DNA of 64,000 bases. It comes from Planctomycetota bacterium. GTDB taxonomy: Bacteria; Planctomycetota; UBA1135; UBA2386. Below the pieces are notes generated by a model. The model did not search any database. It was not told the DNA's origin and saw only the letters and a list, made by a program, of their open reading frames with translations. Positions 50,275 to 58,921 of the stretch are shown piece by piece. Numbering within the stretch: the first letter of the stretch is position 1; each line of letters starts with the position of its first letter. The position numbers and the translations under genes were made by a program. The stretch lies in contig OZ245838.1 of assembly GCA_965228735.1 (NCBI GenBank), forward strand, positions 6,400,001 through 6,464,000, written 5' to 3'.

Positions 50275-51744
50275 TCAGGGCCGGTCGAGCGCGGCTTCGA
50301 GGCGGTCGCAGAGGGTCTTCAGCACCTCGATGCGGGCGAAGCGCTTGTCGTTGCCCGGCACGAGGTGCCAGGGCGCTGCGCCGGTGCTCGTGTGCTGGAC
50401 CATGTCGTGCACGGCGGCAGCGTAGTCCGGCCAGCGCTCGCGATTGCGCCAGTCCTCCGGTGTGATCTTGTGCTGCTTCCACGGCAGTCGTTGCCGGTCT
50501 TCGAACCGCCGCAGCTGTTCGTCCTGGTCGATGTGCAACCAGAACTTGGCGAGCACGTCGCCGTTCTCGACGAGCTGGGACTCGAACTCGTTGATCTCCT
50601 GGTAGGCGCGCTGCCACTCGTCGGCGCGGGCGAAGCCCTCGACCCGTTCGACGAGCACGCGGCCGTACCACGAGCGGTCGAAGACGATCATCCGGCCAGC
50701 CCGCGGCACATGGCGCCAGAAGCGCCAGAGGTAGTGGTGGGCGCGTTCTTCGTCGGTCGGCGCGGCGATGGCGACGACGCGAAGCAACCGCGCATCGACC
50801 GCGCTCGCGAGCCGGCGGATCGCGCCGCCCTTGCCCGCGGCATCGGGCCCCTCGAACACCAGGACCGTGCGGCGCTGCTGCTCGCGGGCGCGCCACGCGA
50901 GCGCGTTGAGGCGTACGCGGTGTTCGTCGAGGGCGATGTCGTAGGTCGCCTCGTCCAGTCGTTGCGACAGGTCGACGCTGTCGAGCACGTTCGCCGGCGT
51001 GGCCGCAGTGGCGGACGCCGGCGGGGCGGTCGCCGTCTCGTCCGCGCGCGCCAGCCGTTCCTGCATCGCGCGCAGCAGGAGCTGTCCCGTCGTCAGGTCG
51101 CGGTGGCGTTTGTCGCTGGCCTCGACGAGATGCCACGGGTTCGCGTCGGTGTCCGTCTGCGCGATGGCCAGTTCGGCGGCGGCGCGCACGTCGCGATACC
51201 GCTGCACGCTCTGCTCGAGCAGCGGCGATGTCGTGAAGCCGCTCTCGACGTCCTTCTCGAGTCGCTTGCGTTGGGCTTGGGCCGTGAGGTGAAACCACAG
51301 CTTGATCAGCAGGGTGCCGTCGTCGGTCAGCATGCGCTCGAACTGCGCGGCACGGTGCAGGGCGCCTTCTAGGCCGGGACGGTCGAGGTCGCCGCGAACG
51401 CGCTCGACGATCGGCTGCGTGTACCAGCTGCCGAACAGGATCGCGGTCCGCCCCGCTCGCGGCAGCCGGCGCCAGAAGCGCCAATAGCGCGGCCGTTCGT
51501 CCTCTTCGGAGCTCGGATCCCAGAACGAATGCGTCGTGACGCGGCGGGTGTCGAGCCACTTGTACAGGCGGTTGACGACCGCGCCCTTGCCGGCGCCTTC
51601 GATGCCGGCGACGACGACGATGACCGGGATCGCGCGCGCCGCGATCTCGCGCTGCGCTGTCAGCAGACCGGTGCGCAGCTCGGGTTCGGCCGCGGCGAAC
51701 GTGGCCTTGTCGACCTTCTGGCCGACTTCGACGGCTTCGAACAT
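50275..51744 (-). CDS. pap: polyphosphate:AMP phosphotransferase (two-domain PPK2, class II)
   Basis: Two PPK2 domains: AGIEGAGKG/FGSWY and FEGPDAAGKGG/FDRSWYGRVLVERVEG. Confidence 0.92.
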   Translation of the reverse strand: MFEAVEVGQKVDKATFAAAEPELRTGLLTAQREIAARAIPVIVVVAGIEGAGKGAVVNRLYKWLDTRRVTTHSFWDPSSEEDERPRYWRFWRRLPRAGRTAILFGSWYTQPIVERVRGDLDRPGLEGALHRAAQFERMLTDDGTLLIKLWFHLTAQAQRKRLEKDVESGFTTSPLLEQSVQRYRDVRAAAELAIAQTDTDANPWHLVEASDKRHRDLTTGQLLLRAMQERLARADETATAPPASATAATPANVLDSVDLSQRLDEATYDIALDEHRVRLNALAWRAREQQRRTVLVFEGPDAAGKGGAIRRLASAVDARLLRVVAIAAPTDEERAHHYLWRFWRHVPRAGRMIVFDRSWYGRVLVERVEGFARADEWQRAYQEINEFESQLVENGDVLAKFWLHIDQDEQLRRFEDRQRLPWKQHKITPEDWRNRERWPDYAAAVHDMVQHTSTGAAPWHLVPGNDKRFARIEVLKTLCDRLEAALDRP

Positions 51745-51910
51745 GACGGTGGGGACAGGGGACGGATCGGCCCGGCGTGGGGCGTCGCTCGCCGACGGCC
51801 TGGTTGTAGTCGATCGTGCGCGCGGCGCCCAGGTCCACGGCGCGCCGAGGGTTGCTTCCACTTCGGGGGCCGTCGAGCATGCTCGCGTGGAACACTCGCT
51901 GCCGGACCGA

Positions 51911-52891
51911 ATGCGCGCGATCGTGACGCGGCGCTATGGACCGGCGGAGCGGCTGCGGATCGGCGAGGTCGCGCGCCCACGCGTGCGGCGCGGTGCGGCG
52001 CTCGTCCGCGTTCGCGGCGCGACGGTGACCGCCGGCGACTGTGAGATGCGGGCGTTCGAGATTCCGCTGATGTTCTGGCTGCCGGCGCGGCTCGCGCTCG
52101 GAATCACCGGGCCGCGGTCGGGAATCATCGGCCAGGAGTTCGCGGGGGACGTCGTCGCCGTCGGCGCCGACGTGACGCGCGTCAGTGTTGGCGATGCCGT
52201 GTTCGGCCCGACGGGGCCGGCTGGTGGCGCCTACGGCGAGTTCGTCGCCGCGCCGGTCAAGCGGCTCGCGAAGATGCCGCGCGGGTGGAGTTTCTCCGAC
52301 GCCGCGACGCTGCCGGTGGGCGGCCTCAACGCGCTGCACTTCCTCCGCATGGCGAAGCTCGCAGCCGGCGAATCGATGCTGATCCACGGCGCGGCCGGCG
52401 CGATCGGCACCGCGGCGCTGATGATCGGCAAGGCGCGCGGTGCCGTGGTGACGGGCGTCGATCGCGGCGACAAGCTCGACGTGCTGCGTGAGCTCGGGGC
52501 CGATCACGTCGTCGACTGCACGCGTGAGGACTACGCCGCGGACGGAGCGACGTTCGACGTCGTGTTCGACGTGGCGGGCAAGATCACGGTGAACGACGCG
52601 CTGCGCGTGCTGCGGCCGCGCGGCCGCCTGGTGATCGCGAACCCGCGGTTCTGGAAGCTGATGCGCGGCCTGCTCGCGAGCTTGACGAGCAGCCGCAAGG
52701 TGATGTCGGGGATCGCGGGCGAATCGGCTGCCGACCTCGACGAGCTCGCCCGACTCGCGACCGACGGCACGCTGCGGCCCGTCGTGCGGCGGCGGTTCGA
52801 CATCCGTGACATCGTCGCCGCGCACCGTTTCGTCGAGAGCGGGGACAAGGTCGGCAACGTGGCCATCGACGGCTGGGGGGAGGCCAGATGA
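51911..52891 (+). CDS. NAD(P)-dependent medium-chain dehydrogenase / quinone oxidoreductase (zinc-free)
   Basis: MRAIV..RYG, GQEFAGDV, IHGAAGAIGT, LGADHVVD and AHRFVESG. Confidence 0.9.
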   Translation: MRAIVTRRYGPAERLRIGEVARPRVRRGAALVRVRGATVTAGDCEMRAFEIPLMFWLPARLALGITGPRSGIIGQEFAGDVVAVGADVTRVSVGDAVFGPTGPAGGAYGEFVAAPVKRLAKMPRGWSFSDAATLPVGGLNALHFLRMAKLAAGESMLIHGAAGAIGTAALMIGKARGAVVTGVDRGDKLDVLRELGADHVVDCTREDYAADGATFDVVFDVAGKITVNDALRVLRPRGRLVIANPRFWKLMRGLLASLTSSRKVMSGIAGESAADLDELARLATDGTLRPVVRRRFDIRDIVAAHRFVESGDKVGNVAIDGWGEAR

Positions 52892-53163
52892 GGTGGAGGT
52901 CGTGACGGGCGCGATCGATACCTACGCGAAGGGCAAGCTCGACGCGGAAGTCCTGTACGGCGCTCCCCTGCTGCGGCTCTGCGAGTCGTCGACGTTGCAG
53001 AACGGCGGCCAGGAACCGCCGACCCGAGCGTCGTGCGTTCGATCCTCGAGCGTTGTCGCGACCACACGTCGGTTTATCTGCGGATCTGGACGAACCGTCA
53101 GCTCGCGCGACTCGAGTGACTCGCGGGGTTCGCAAGCGGGGCGAACCGTCCTACTCTCCACTC

Positions 53164-54594
53164 ATGGGAACGAAGCCCGTCAGCCCGGTCCGGGTGCTGC
53201 TCGTGGTGGCCGCCATCGGGCTCGCCGGTTGGTCCGGCTACCGGATCCTGACCGCGGAACCGCCGCCGCCCGACTTCGATGCGATGTCGACGCCGGAGCT
53301 CGTGCGGTGGATCGCGGAGTGTGGCGATCCGGTGCCACGGAACTCGTCGGAGCCGTACCTCACCGCCTCGATGTCGCTTCATGATCGCGATCGGCTCGCC
53401 ACCTGTCGCGAGCTCGTCGATCTCGTTTGGATGCCGGAGTCCGACCTGCGCGCGCCTGCGGTTCGCCATCTCGGGAGTTTGCTCTACGGGCCTCCTGGAG
53501 CCGCAAGCTCGGAGCTCGCCGCGAGCGAGCGGGCGACGTTCGAGCGGGTCCTCGACGACGCGCTCGACGACGCCGACTTCGCGGTTCGGCTCGAGGCTTG
53601 GGCGGCCCTCGCGGAGACGTGGTGGTCCGAGGTTCCGCCAAGCGTCCCCGCGGCTGTCGGCCCGATCTTGTCGGAGGCTCTCGCCAGCGCGGACGCACGG
53701 GTGCGTGCCAAGGCGTACTGGGCGGCGCGCGGGACCGGCCCCGCGATCGTGGGCCAGTTGCCCGACCTCATCGCCGCGCTCGACCGCGAGACGCCGGAGG
53801 GGCCGCTGGACATGCTGCTCATCGCCGTCGGCAGTGTCGGCCGGAACAGTTCGGAGGCGGTGCCCGCCATCATCGACTTCGTCGACCCTGACCTCGACGG
53901 CGAGCGCGACGGTGACGAACCCAATGTGCGGTTCTTCGCGATGACCGCGCTCGGGACCGTCCGCGATGTGCCTCCGGAGCAGCTGCAATCGCTGTTCCCG
54001 TTCCTCGACCTGTCGCCCGACGATCCGTTGCACGCAGCCGCGCTCGGTGTGCTGGCGAAGCACGCAACCGAACCGGCCGACGTCGAACGCGCGTTGCATA
54101 CGCACCTCGGCAACGCCCGGCTGTTCCCCGAGTACGAGGCTCAGCCGTGGCTGGCCGCGGTCGGTCGACTCGGTGCGCGAACCGTCGGAGAATCGAAGGC
54201 TGCGGCCCTCGCGGTGCAGGCCCTCGAGGATGCGCTGACGAACGTGGAGGACGACGTGCGGCCGTTGGTCCGCTCCGCGCTGCTGCAGCTCGCCGCCGGG
54301 CGCGGCGATGCCGCGCTCGTCGCGCGCTACCGCGAGCCCGTCGCGCTCTGGCTCGACGGGCGTCTCCGGTCGATCCATGAGTCGGGCTCGCGATGGGGCC
54401 GGGCGCCGGACACGGAGAACGTGGTTCCCGCGATCGAGGCGTTCGTCGCGCTGATCGAGGCCGGCGAGCGCGACCCGGGGATCGACGCCCGAATCGATGC
54501 GGATCGGTTGCGCCGAACGCTCGAGCAGTGGCAGTCACACACGTTCTGGTGGCAGCGCGAATGGGCCACCGAACAGCTCGCGCGTCTGCCCTGA
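53164..54594 (+). CDS. membrane-anchored HEAT-repeat protein
   Basis: N-terminal TM and HEAT-like units (LRAPAVRHLG, VRLEAWAAL, VRAKAYWA, VRFFAMTALG, VRPLVRSAL). Confidence 0.7.
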   Translation: MGTKPVSPVRVLLVVAAIGLAGWSGYRILTAEPPPPDFDAMSTPELVRWIAECGDPVPRNSSEPYLTASMSLHDRDRLATCRELVDLVWMPESDLRAPAVRHLGSLLYGPPGAASSELAASERATFERVLDDALDDADFAVRLEAWAALAETWWSEVPPSVPAAVGPILSEALASADARVRAKAYWAARGTGPAIVGQLPDLIAALDRETPEGPLDMLLIAVGSVGRNSSEAVPAIIDFVDPDLDGERDGDEPNVRFFAMTALGTVRDVPPEQLQSLFPFLDLSPDDPLHAAALGVLAKHATEPADVERALHTHLGNARLFPEYEAQPWLAAVGRLGARTVGESKAAALAVQALEDALTNVEDDVRPLVRSALLQLAAGRGDAALVARYREPVALWLDGRLRSIHESGSRWGRAPDTENVVPAIEAFVALIEAGERDPGIDARIDADRLRRTLEQWQSHTFWWQREWATEQLARLP

Positions 54595-54671
54595 GTTCCG
54601 CCCGGGAACGCGGCGGAGTTCCCGAGCCCGCGAGCGATCGCCCGGGCAATGCGCTACCCTCGTCATCCGCG

Positions 54672-56948
54672 ATGACCGACGTCAACGACTCCGCAGAGCA
54701 AGCCGCCGGCGAACGTCCCGGTGACGTGATCGGGCGCTACAAACTGCTGCAGGAGATCGGCGAGGGCGGCATGGGGTCGGTGTGGGAGGCCGTCCAGTCC
54801 GAGCCGATGAAGCGCAAGGTCGCGCTCAAGATCATCAAGCTGGGCATGGACACCAAGGAGGTCGTTGCCCGCTTCGAGGCCGAGCGCCAGGCGCTCGCGC
54901 TCATGGACCACCCGCACATCGCGAAGGTGCTCGACGGCGGCGCGACCGCGAGCGGCCGCCCGTTCTTCGCAATGGAGCTCGTGCGCGGCGTGCCGATCAC
55001 GGACTACTGCGAGCGGCACAAGCTCGCCGTCGCCGATCGCCTGCGGCTGTTCGCCAAGGTGTGCGACGCGATCCAGCACGCGCATCACAAGGGCATCATC
55101 CATCGTGACATCAAGCCGACCAACGTGCTCGTCGCGCTGCACGACGGCAAGCCCGAGCCGACGGTCATCGACTTCGGCATCGCGAAGGCGACCAACGCGG
55201 AGCTCACGCAGAAGACGCTGTTCACGCGCTATCAGCAGATGGTCGGCACGCCCGACTACATGGCGCCCGAGCAGGCCGAGAAGTCCGGGCTCGACGTCGA
55301 CACGCGCGCCGACGTCTACTCGCTCGGCGTGCTGCTCTACGAGCTGTTGACGGGGACCAAGCCGTTCGACGTCGACGGCGCGCTGCAGAAGGGCTACTCC
55401 GAGCTGCTCCGCACGATCCGCGAGGACGTGCCGGCGCGGCCGTCGACGCGGATCCCGGCGGTGGGCGGTCGCGTCTTGCGCGGCGAACTCGATTGGGTCG
55501 TGATGCGCGCGCTCGAGAAGGACCGCGCGCGGCGCTACGACACGGCGGCGGCATTCGGCGCCGACGTCCGGCGCTATCTCGCAGGTGAGCCGGTGCACGC
55601 CGTGCCGCCGAGCGCCGGGTATCGGTTGCGCAAGTTCGCGCGCCGCAACGTGGCGGTGCTCGTCGGGACGACGCTCGTTGCCACCACCGCTGGCACGATT
55701 GCGTACTCGATCTGGGCCAAGATCCAGTCCGACCACCGCTATGTCCAAGAGCACTCGCAGCAGACCCGCACGGCGCTCGAGGTCGCGAACTTCGCGCTCG
55801 ATGCCGCGATCGAGGCGCCGATCTCGAGCACGACGGAGTGGCTCGAGGCCGAGCTCGCACGCGAGCAGGTCCTGAACGCGCGCGGTACGCACAAGGTGCG
55901 GCATACGGTGCACGCCGACTACGAGGCGTTCATGGCGCGCTACGCCACCGCGCGCGCCGAACGCGACCTCGCGCTGCGCCTCGAGGACGTGTTGATCGCG
56001 CGGGCCGCGCACGAGGATCTCGCGAGCTGGCAGCAGATGGAGCGCGAGCTCGCGGGGTTCTTGCGGGAGCACGGTGCCGACGTGGACGAGACGGATTCGA
56101 TGGTGGTCGCGGCTGCGATCCGCGAGCACCCGCTGCGCGAACGGCTCGTCGACGTGCTCGAACTGTGGATCGCGACGCGGGCGCAGATGTCGGCGATGGG
56201 CGGGCCGCGCGCGACGGCCGCGACGATGCAGCCGTGGGCCGACGCGATCTACGCGGCCGACGACGATCCGCTGCGCACCGGCATCCGCAAGTTGATCTAC
56301 TCGGGCCGCATGCCCCCGCCGCCGGACGCCGTGAGCGCGCTCGTCGACGGCGTCGACTACGACACGCTGCCGCCGCGCACCGCGTCGTGGCTCGCGATGC
56401 TGCTCGCGATGTCGGGGCAGCAGGATCGCTCGGATCAGCTGATCCGCGACCAGCTGCGGCGGCACCCGCAGAACGTGATGCTCAACTTCGACTACGGCCT
56501 CGGGCTGTCGAAGTTCAGCCGGCACCAGGAAGCGATCCGGATGTACGCGCGCGCCGTCACCGTGCGGCCCGAGGCGGCCGGCATCTGGCGGATGATGGGG
56601 GCGTCGCTGCTCGCCGTCGACGAGGTCGAGAACGCGATCGAGGCCTACGCCGAGGCCTGCCGGCACGCGCCCGACCATGCGCCCGTGTGGCTCGATCACG
56701 CGCAGGCGCTGCTGCGGGCCGAGCGGCTCGACGACGCGGCCGCCGCGGTCGAGCGCGTCGTCCGGCTCGCGCCATCGCACCCGGGCGGGCCCGCGACCAA
56801 GGGACGCATCGCGCTGCTGCGCGGCCAGCCCGCGGCGGCGCTCGTTCAGCTCGAGAATGCCGAACAGCTCGCGCCGGCCGGATCGCCGTGGGCGGCCCGC
56901 GTCGCCGAGTGGCTCACGGAGTGCCGCAAGCAGCTCGGCAACGACTGA
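54672..56948 (+). CDS. Hanks-type Ser/Thr protein kinase with C-terminal TPRs
   Basis: IGEGGMG, VALK, HRDIKPTN, DFG, GTPDYMAPEQ, DVYSLG, one TM-like segment and TPR repeats. Confidence 0.93.
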   Translation: MTDVNDSAEQAAGERPGDVIGRYKLLQEIGEGGMGSVWEAVQSEPMKRKVALKIIKLGMDTKEVVARFEAERQALALMDHPHIAKVLDGGATASGRPFFAMELVRGVPITDYCERHKLAVADRLRLFAKVCDAIQHAHHKGIIHRDIKPTNVLVALHDGKPEPTVIDFGIAKATNAELTQKTLFTRYQQMVGTPDYMAPEQAEKSGLDVDTRADVYSLGVLLYELLTGTKPFDVDGALQKGYSELLRTIREDVPARPSTRIPAVGGRVLRGELDWVVMRALEKDRARRYDTAAAFGADVRRYLAGEPVHAVPPSAGYRLRKFARRNVAVLVGTTLVATTAGTIAYSIWAKIQSDHRYVQEHSQQTRTALEVANFALDAAIEAPISSTTEWLEAELAREQVLNARGTHKVRHTVHADYEAFMARYATARAERDLALRLEDVLIARAAHEDLASWQQMERELAGFLREHGADVDETDSMVVAAAIREHPLRERLVDVLELWIATRAQMSAMGGPRATAATMQPWADAIYAADDDPLRTGIRKLIYSGRMPPPPDAVSALVDGVDYDTLPPRTASWLAMLLAMSGQQDRSDQLIRDQLRRHPQNVMLNFDYGLGLSKFSRHQEAIRMYARAVTVRPEAAGIWRMMGASLLAVDEVENAIEAYAEACRHAPDHAPVWLDHAQALLRAERLDDAAAAVERVVRLAPSHPGGPATKGRIALLRGQPAAALVQLENAEQLAPAGSPWAARVAEWLTECRKQLGND

Positions 56949-56958
56949 CGGCGCCCGG

Positions 56959-57669
56959 ATGACGTCGACGCACCTGTTCGTCCTGTGCCCGCCGTTCTCG
57001 GGTTCGACGCTGTTGTGGCGGCTCATCGGCACGTCGGGCGCGGTGTCCGTATTGCCAAAGGAGGGCCAGTTCCTGCCGGAGGTCGAGGCGGTGATGCGGC
57101 AGGACCCCTGGAACCGCGAACGCGAGCTGCCGTGGCCGCGCATCAAGCGCGCCTGGGACGGCTACTGGGATCACGACAAGCCGGTGTTGCTCGAGAAGAG
57201 CCCGCCGAACCTCGTGCACGCAGCGGCGATCGCGCAGCATTTCGACCCGGTCCGGTTCGTCGTGATGGTGCGTGAGCCGTTCGCCCATTGCGAGGGACTC
57301 ATGCGCCGCAACGGTTGGAGCGTCGAGCTTGCCGCCGCGTTCAGCGGGCAGTGCCTGCGCCAGCAGCAGCACAACGTCGAGCGGCTCGACGGCGTGTTGC
57401 GCCTGACCTACGAAGAGTTGGCGCGCGATCCGCGGGCCGCCGCGCACCGCATCGAACGGTTCCTGCCGGCGCTCGGGCGACTCGACGCGGAGCGCGAGTT
57501 CAAGGTTCATCGCGGCGATGCCGCAGGGGACCGCGTCGTCGAGGCGGCCGTCGAGGACCTCAATGCGGAGAAGATCGCGCGGCTGTCGGCGGCGCAGGTC
57601 GCGGCGATCTCGGCCGGACTCGCGTCCTACGAGGACGCGTTGCGGTATTGGGGCTACGCGCTCCGCTGA
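56959..57669 (+). CDS. sulfotransferase family protein
   Basis: PFSGSTLL, EKSPPN, VREP and LTYEELARDP. Confidence 0.8.
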   Translation: MTSTHLFVLCPPFSGSTLLWRLIGTSGAVSVLPKEGQFLPEVEAVMRQDPWNRERELPWPRIKRAWDGYWDHDKPVLLEKSPPNLVHAAAIAQHFDPVRFVVMVREPFAHCEGLMRRNGWSVELAAAFSGQCLRQQQHNVERLDGVLRLTYEELARDPRAAAHRIERFLPALGRLDAEREFKVHRGDAAGDRVVEAAVEDLNAEKIARLSAAQVAAISAGLASYEDALRYWGYALR

Positions 57670-57849
57670 ACGGCTCGGCCTCGGTGGTCGTGGTGCGGGG
57701 CGCGCGTTCGCGAGACTTGGCGCTACCGAACCCGCTTCAAGTCCGCCACCCCGCTCCCGCTGTAAGCTGGGTATTGCGGTGGGGTCGTGCGCGGTGACCG
57801 GTGGCGGAAACGAAGCGGGTTCGGTACCGCCTCCCTCACGGATTGACCG

Positions 57850-58866
57850 TTACTGGGGCTTTCGGCCGACGACGATGCTGATCCAGGCTTCGTCCATGTC
57901 GCCCTTCGCGCGGCGGCGGAACACGCCGTTGCCGGTGCCCGAGTCGTGGTCGGTGCCCTCCCACAGCACGTGCGTGTCCTCGAAGCCGGCCTCTTCGAAC
58001 AGCTCGATGATCTCGGCGAGGGTCCAGAGGCGCCAGTCGTAGACGAACGCGTTGTGCATCCTGGTGCCGTCCTTGAACTCGAAGTGGATCGCGCACGTGA
58101 TCTCGTGGCTGATCGGATCGTAGACCCGCTGCTCCCACTCGTAGACGAAGCCCTTGTGCTGGATGCGGTCGGTCTTCTGCTGCATCACGTCCGGACCGCC
58201 CCAGGCGTCCATGAACATGACGCCGCCGGGCTTCAGCGCACGGAAGCAGCTCTTGAGATACGCGCCGAGCTCCTTGCGCTTCTTGAACACCGAGTAGCTG
58301 AAGTTGAGGGCGTTGATCGCGTCCGCCTTGGGTGAGCGCACGTCGAGCACGTTCTTGTTGAAGAGCTTGAGGCGCTTCTTCTGCTCGTCGTTCAGCAGCG
58401 GGTTGACGTTGTGCTCGATGCCCCAGTCGAGCGTCGGTTGGTCGAGGTCGACGCCGATCGCGATGTTGTCGGGGTGCAGCAGCACGTGGTGGCACGACAG
58501 CACGGCCGTGCCGCAGAAATCCTCGCGGAACACGCGCAGGTCACGGCCCGTGTACTTCTTGAATCGCCGGGAGTAGAACTGGGCGTCGTCGGCCGGCGCC
58601 TGCACGGAGCGCTGGTAGAGCACGTGCCGGTCCGCGGTGCGGGCCGTGAGCTTCGGCTGTTGCTTGCGGGCCTTCTTGCCGGCGCGCGCTTTCGCCGGAG
58701 CCTTCTTGCCCGCCGCGCCCTTCTTCGCCGTCGCGCTCGCGCCGGTTCGGGTCTTGTCGGCCCCGGTCTTGTTGCGCCCGGTCTTGTTGGCCCGGGTCTT
58801 CTTGTCGGCCCGGGTCTCGGGAGACTCGTCGCTGACCATTGCACTTGCCGTTCCGCTTGCCGCCAT
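57850..58866 (-). CDS. class I SAM-dependent methyltransferase with Lys/Ala-rich N-terminal extension
   Basis: LYQRSVQ, REDFCGT, GVDLD, ALNFSY, LKPGG and FVYDWRLWT. Start is 58866 or 58839. Confidence 0.85.
   Translation of the reverse strand: MAASGTASAMVSDESPETRADKKTRANKTGRNKTGADKTRTGASATAKKGAAGKKAPAKARAGKKARKQQPKLTARTADRHVLYQRSVQAPADDAQFYSRRFKKYTGRDLRVFREDFCGTAVLSCHHVLLHPDNIAIGVDLDQPTLDWGIEHNVNPLLNDEQKKRLKLFNKNVLDVRSPKADAINALNFSYSVFKKRKELGAYLKSCFRALKPGGVMFMDAWGGPDVMQQKTDRIQHKGFVYEWEQRVYDPISHEITCAIHFEFKDGTRMHNAFVYDWRLWTLAEIIELFEEAGFEDTHVLWEGTDHDSGTGNGVFRRRAKGDMDEAWISIVVGRKPQ
58750..58818. repeat. in-frame 15/18-bp tandem repeat encoding T(R/G)xxK pentapeptides
   Basis: Units beginning GGTCT at 58750, 58765, 58780, 58795 and 58813. 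Confidence 0.75.
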
Positions 58867-58921
58867 GCGCTGTTCGTAACGCAATGGCGGCCGAGACTCC
58901 ACAGCGGAGCTGCCGCCCCCG

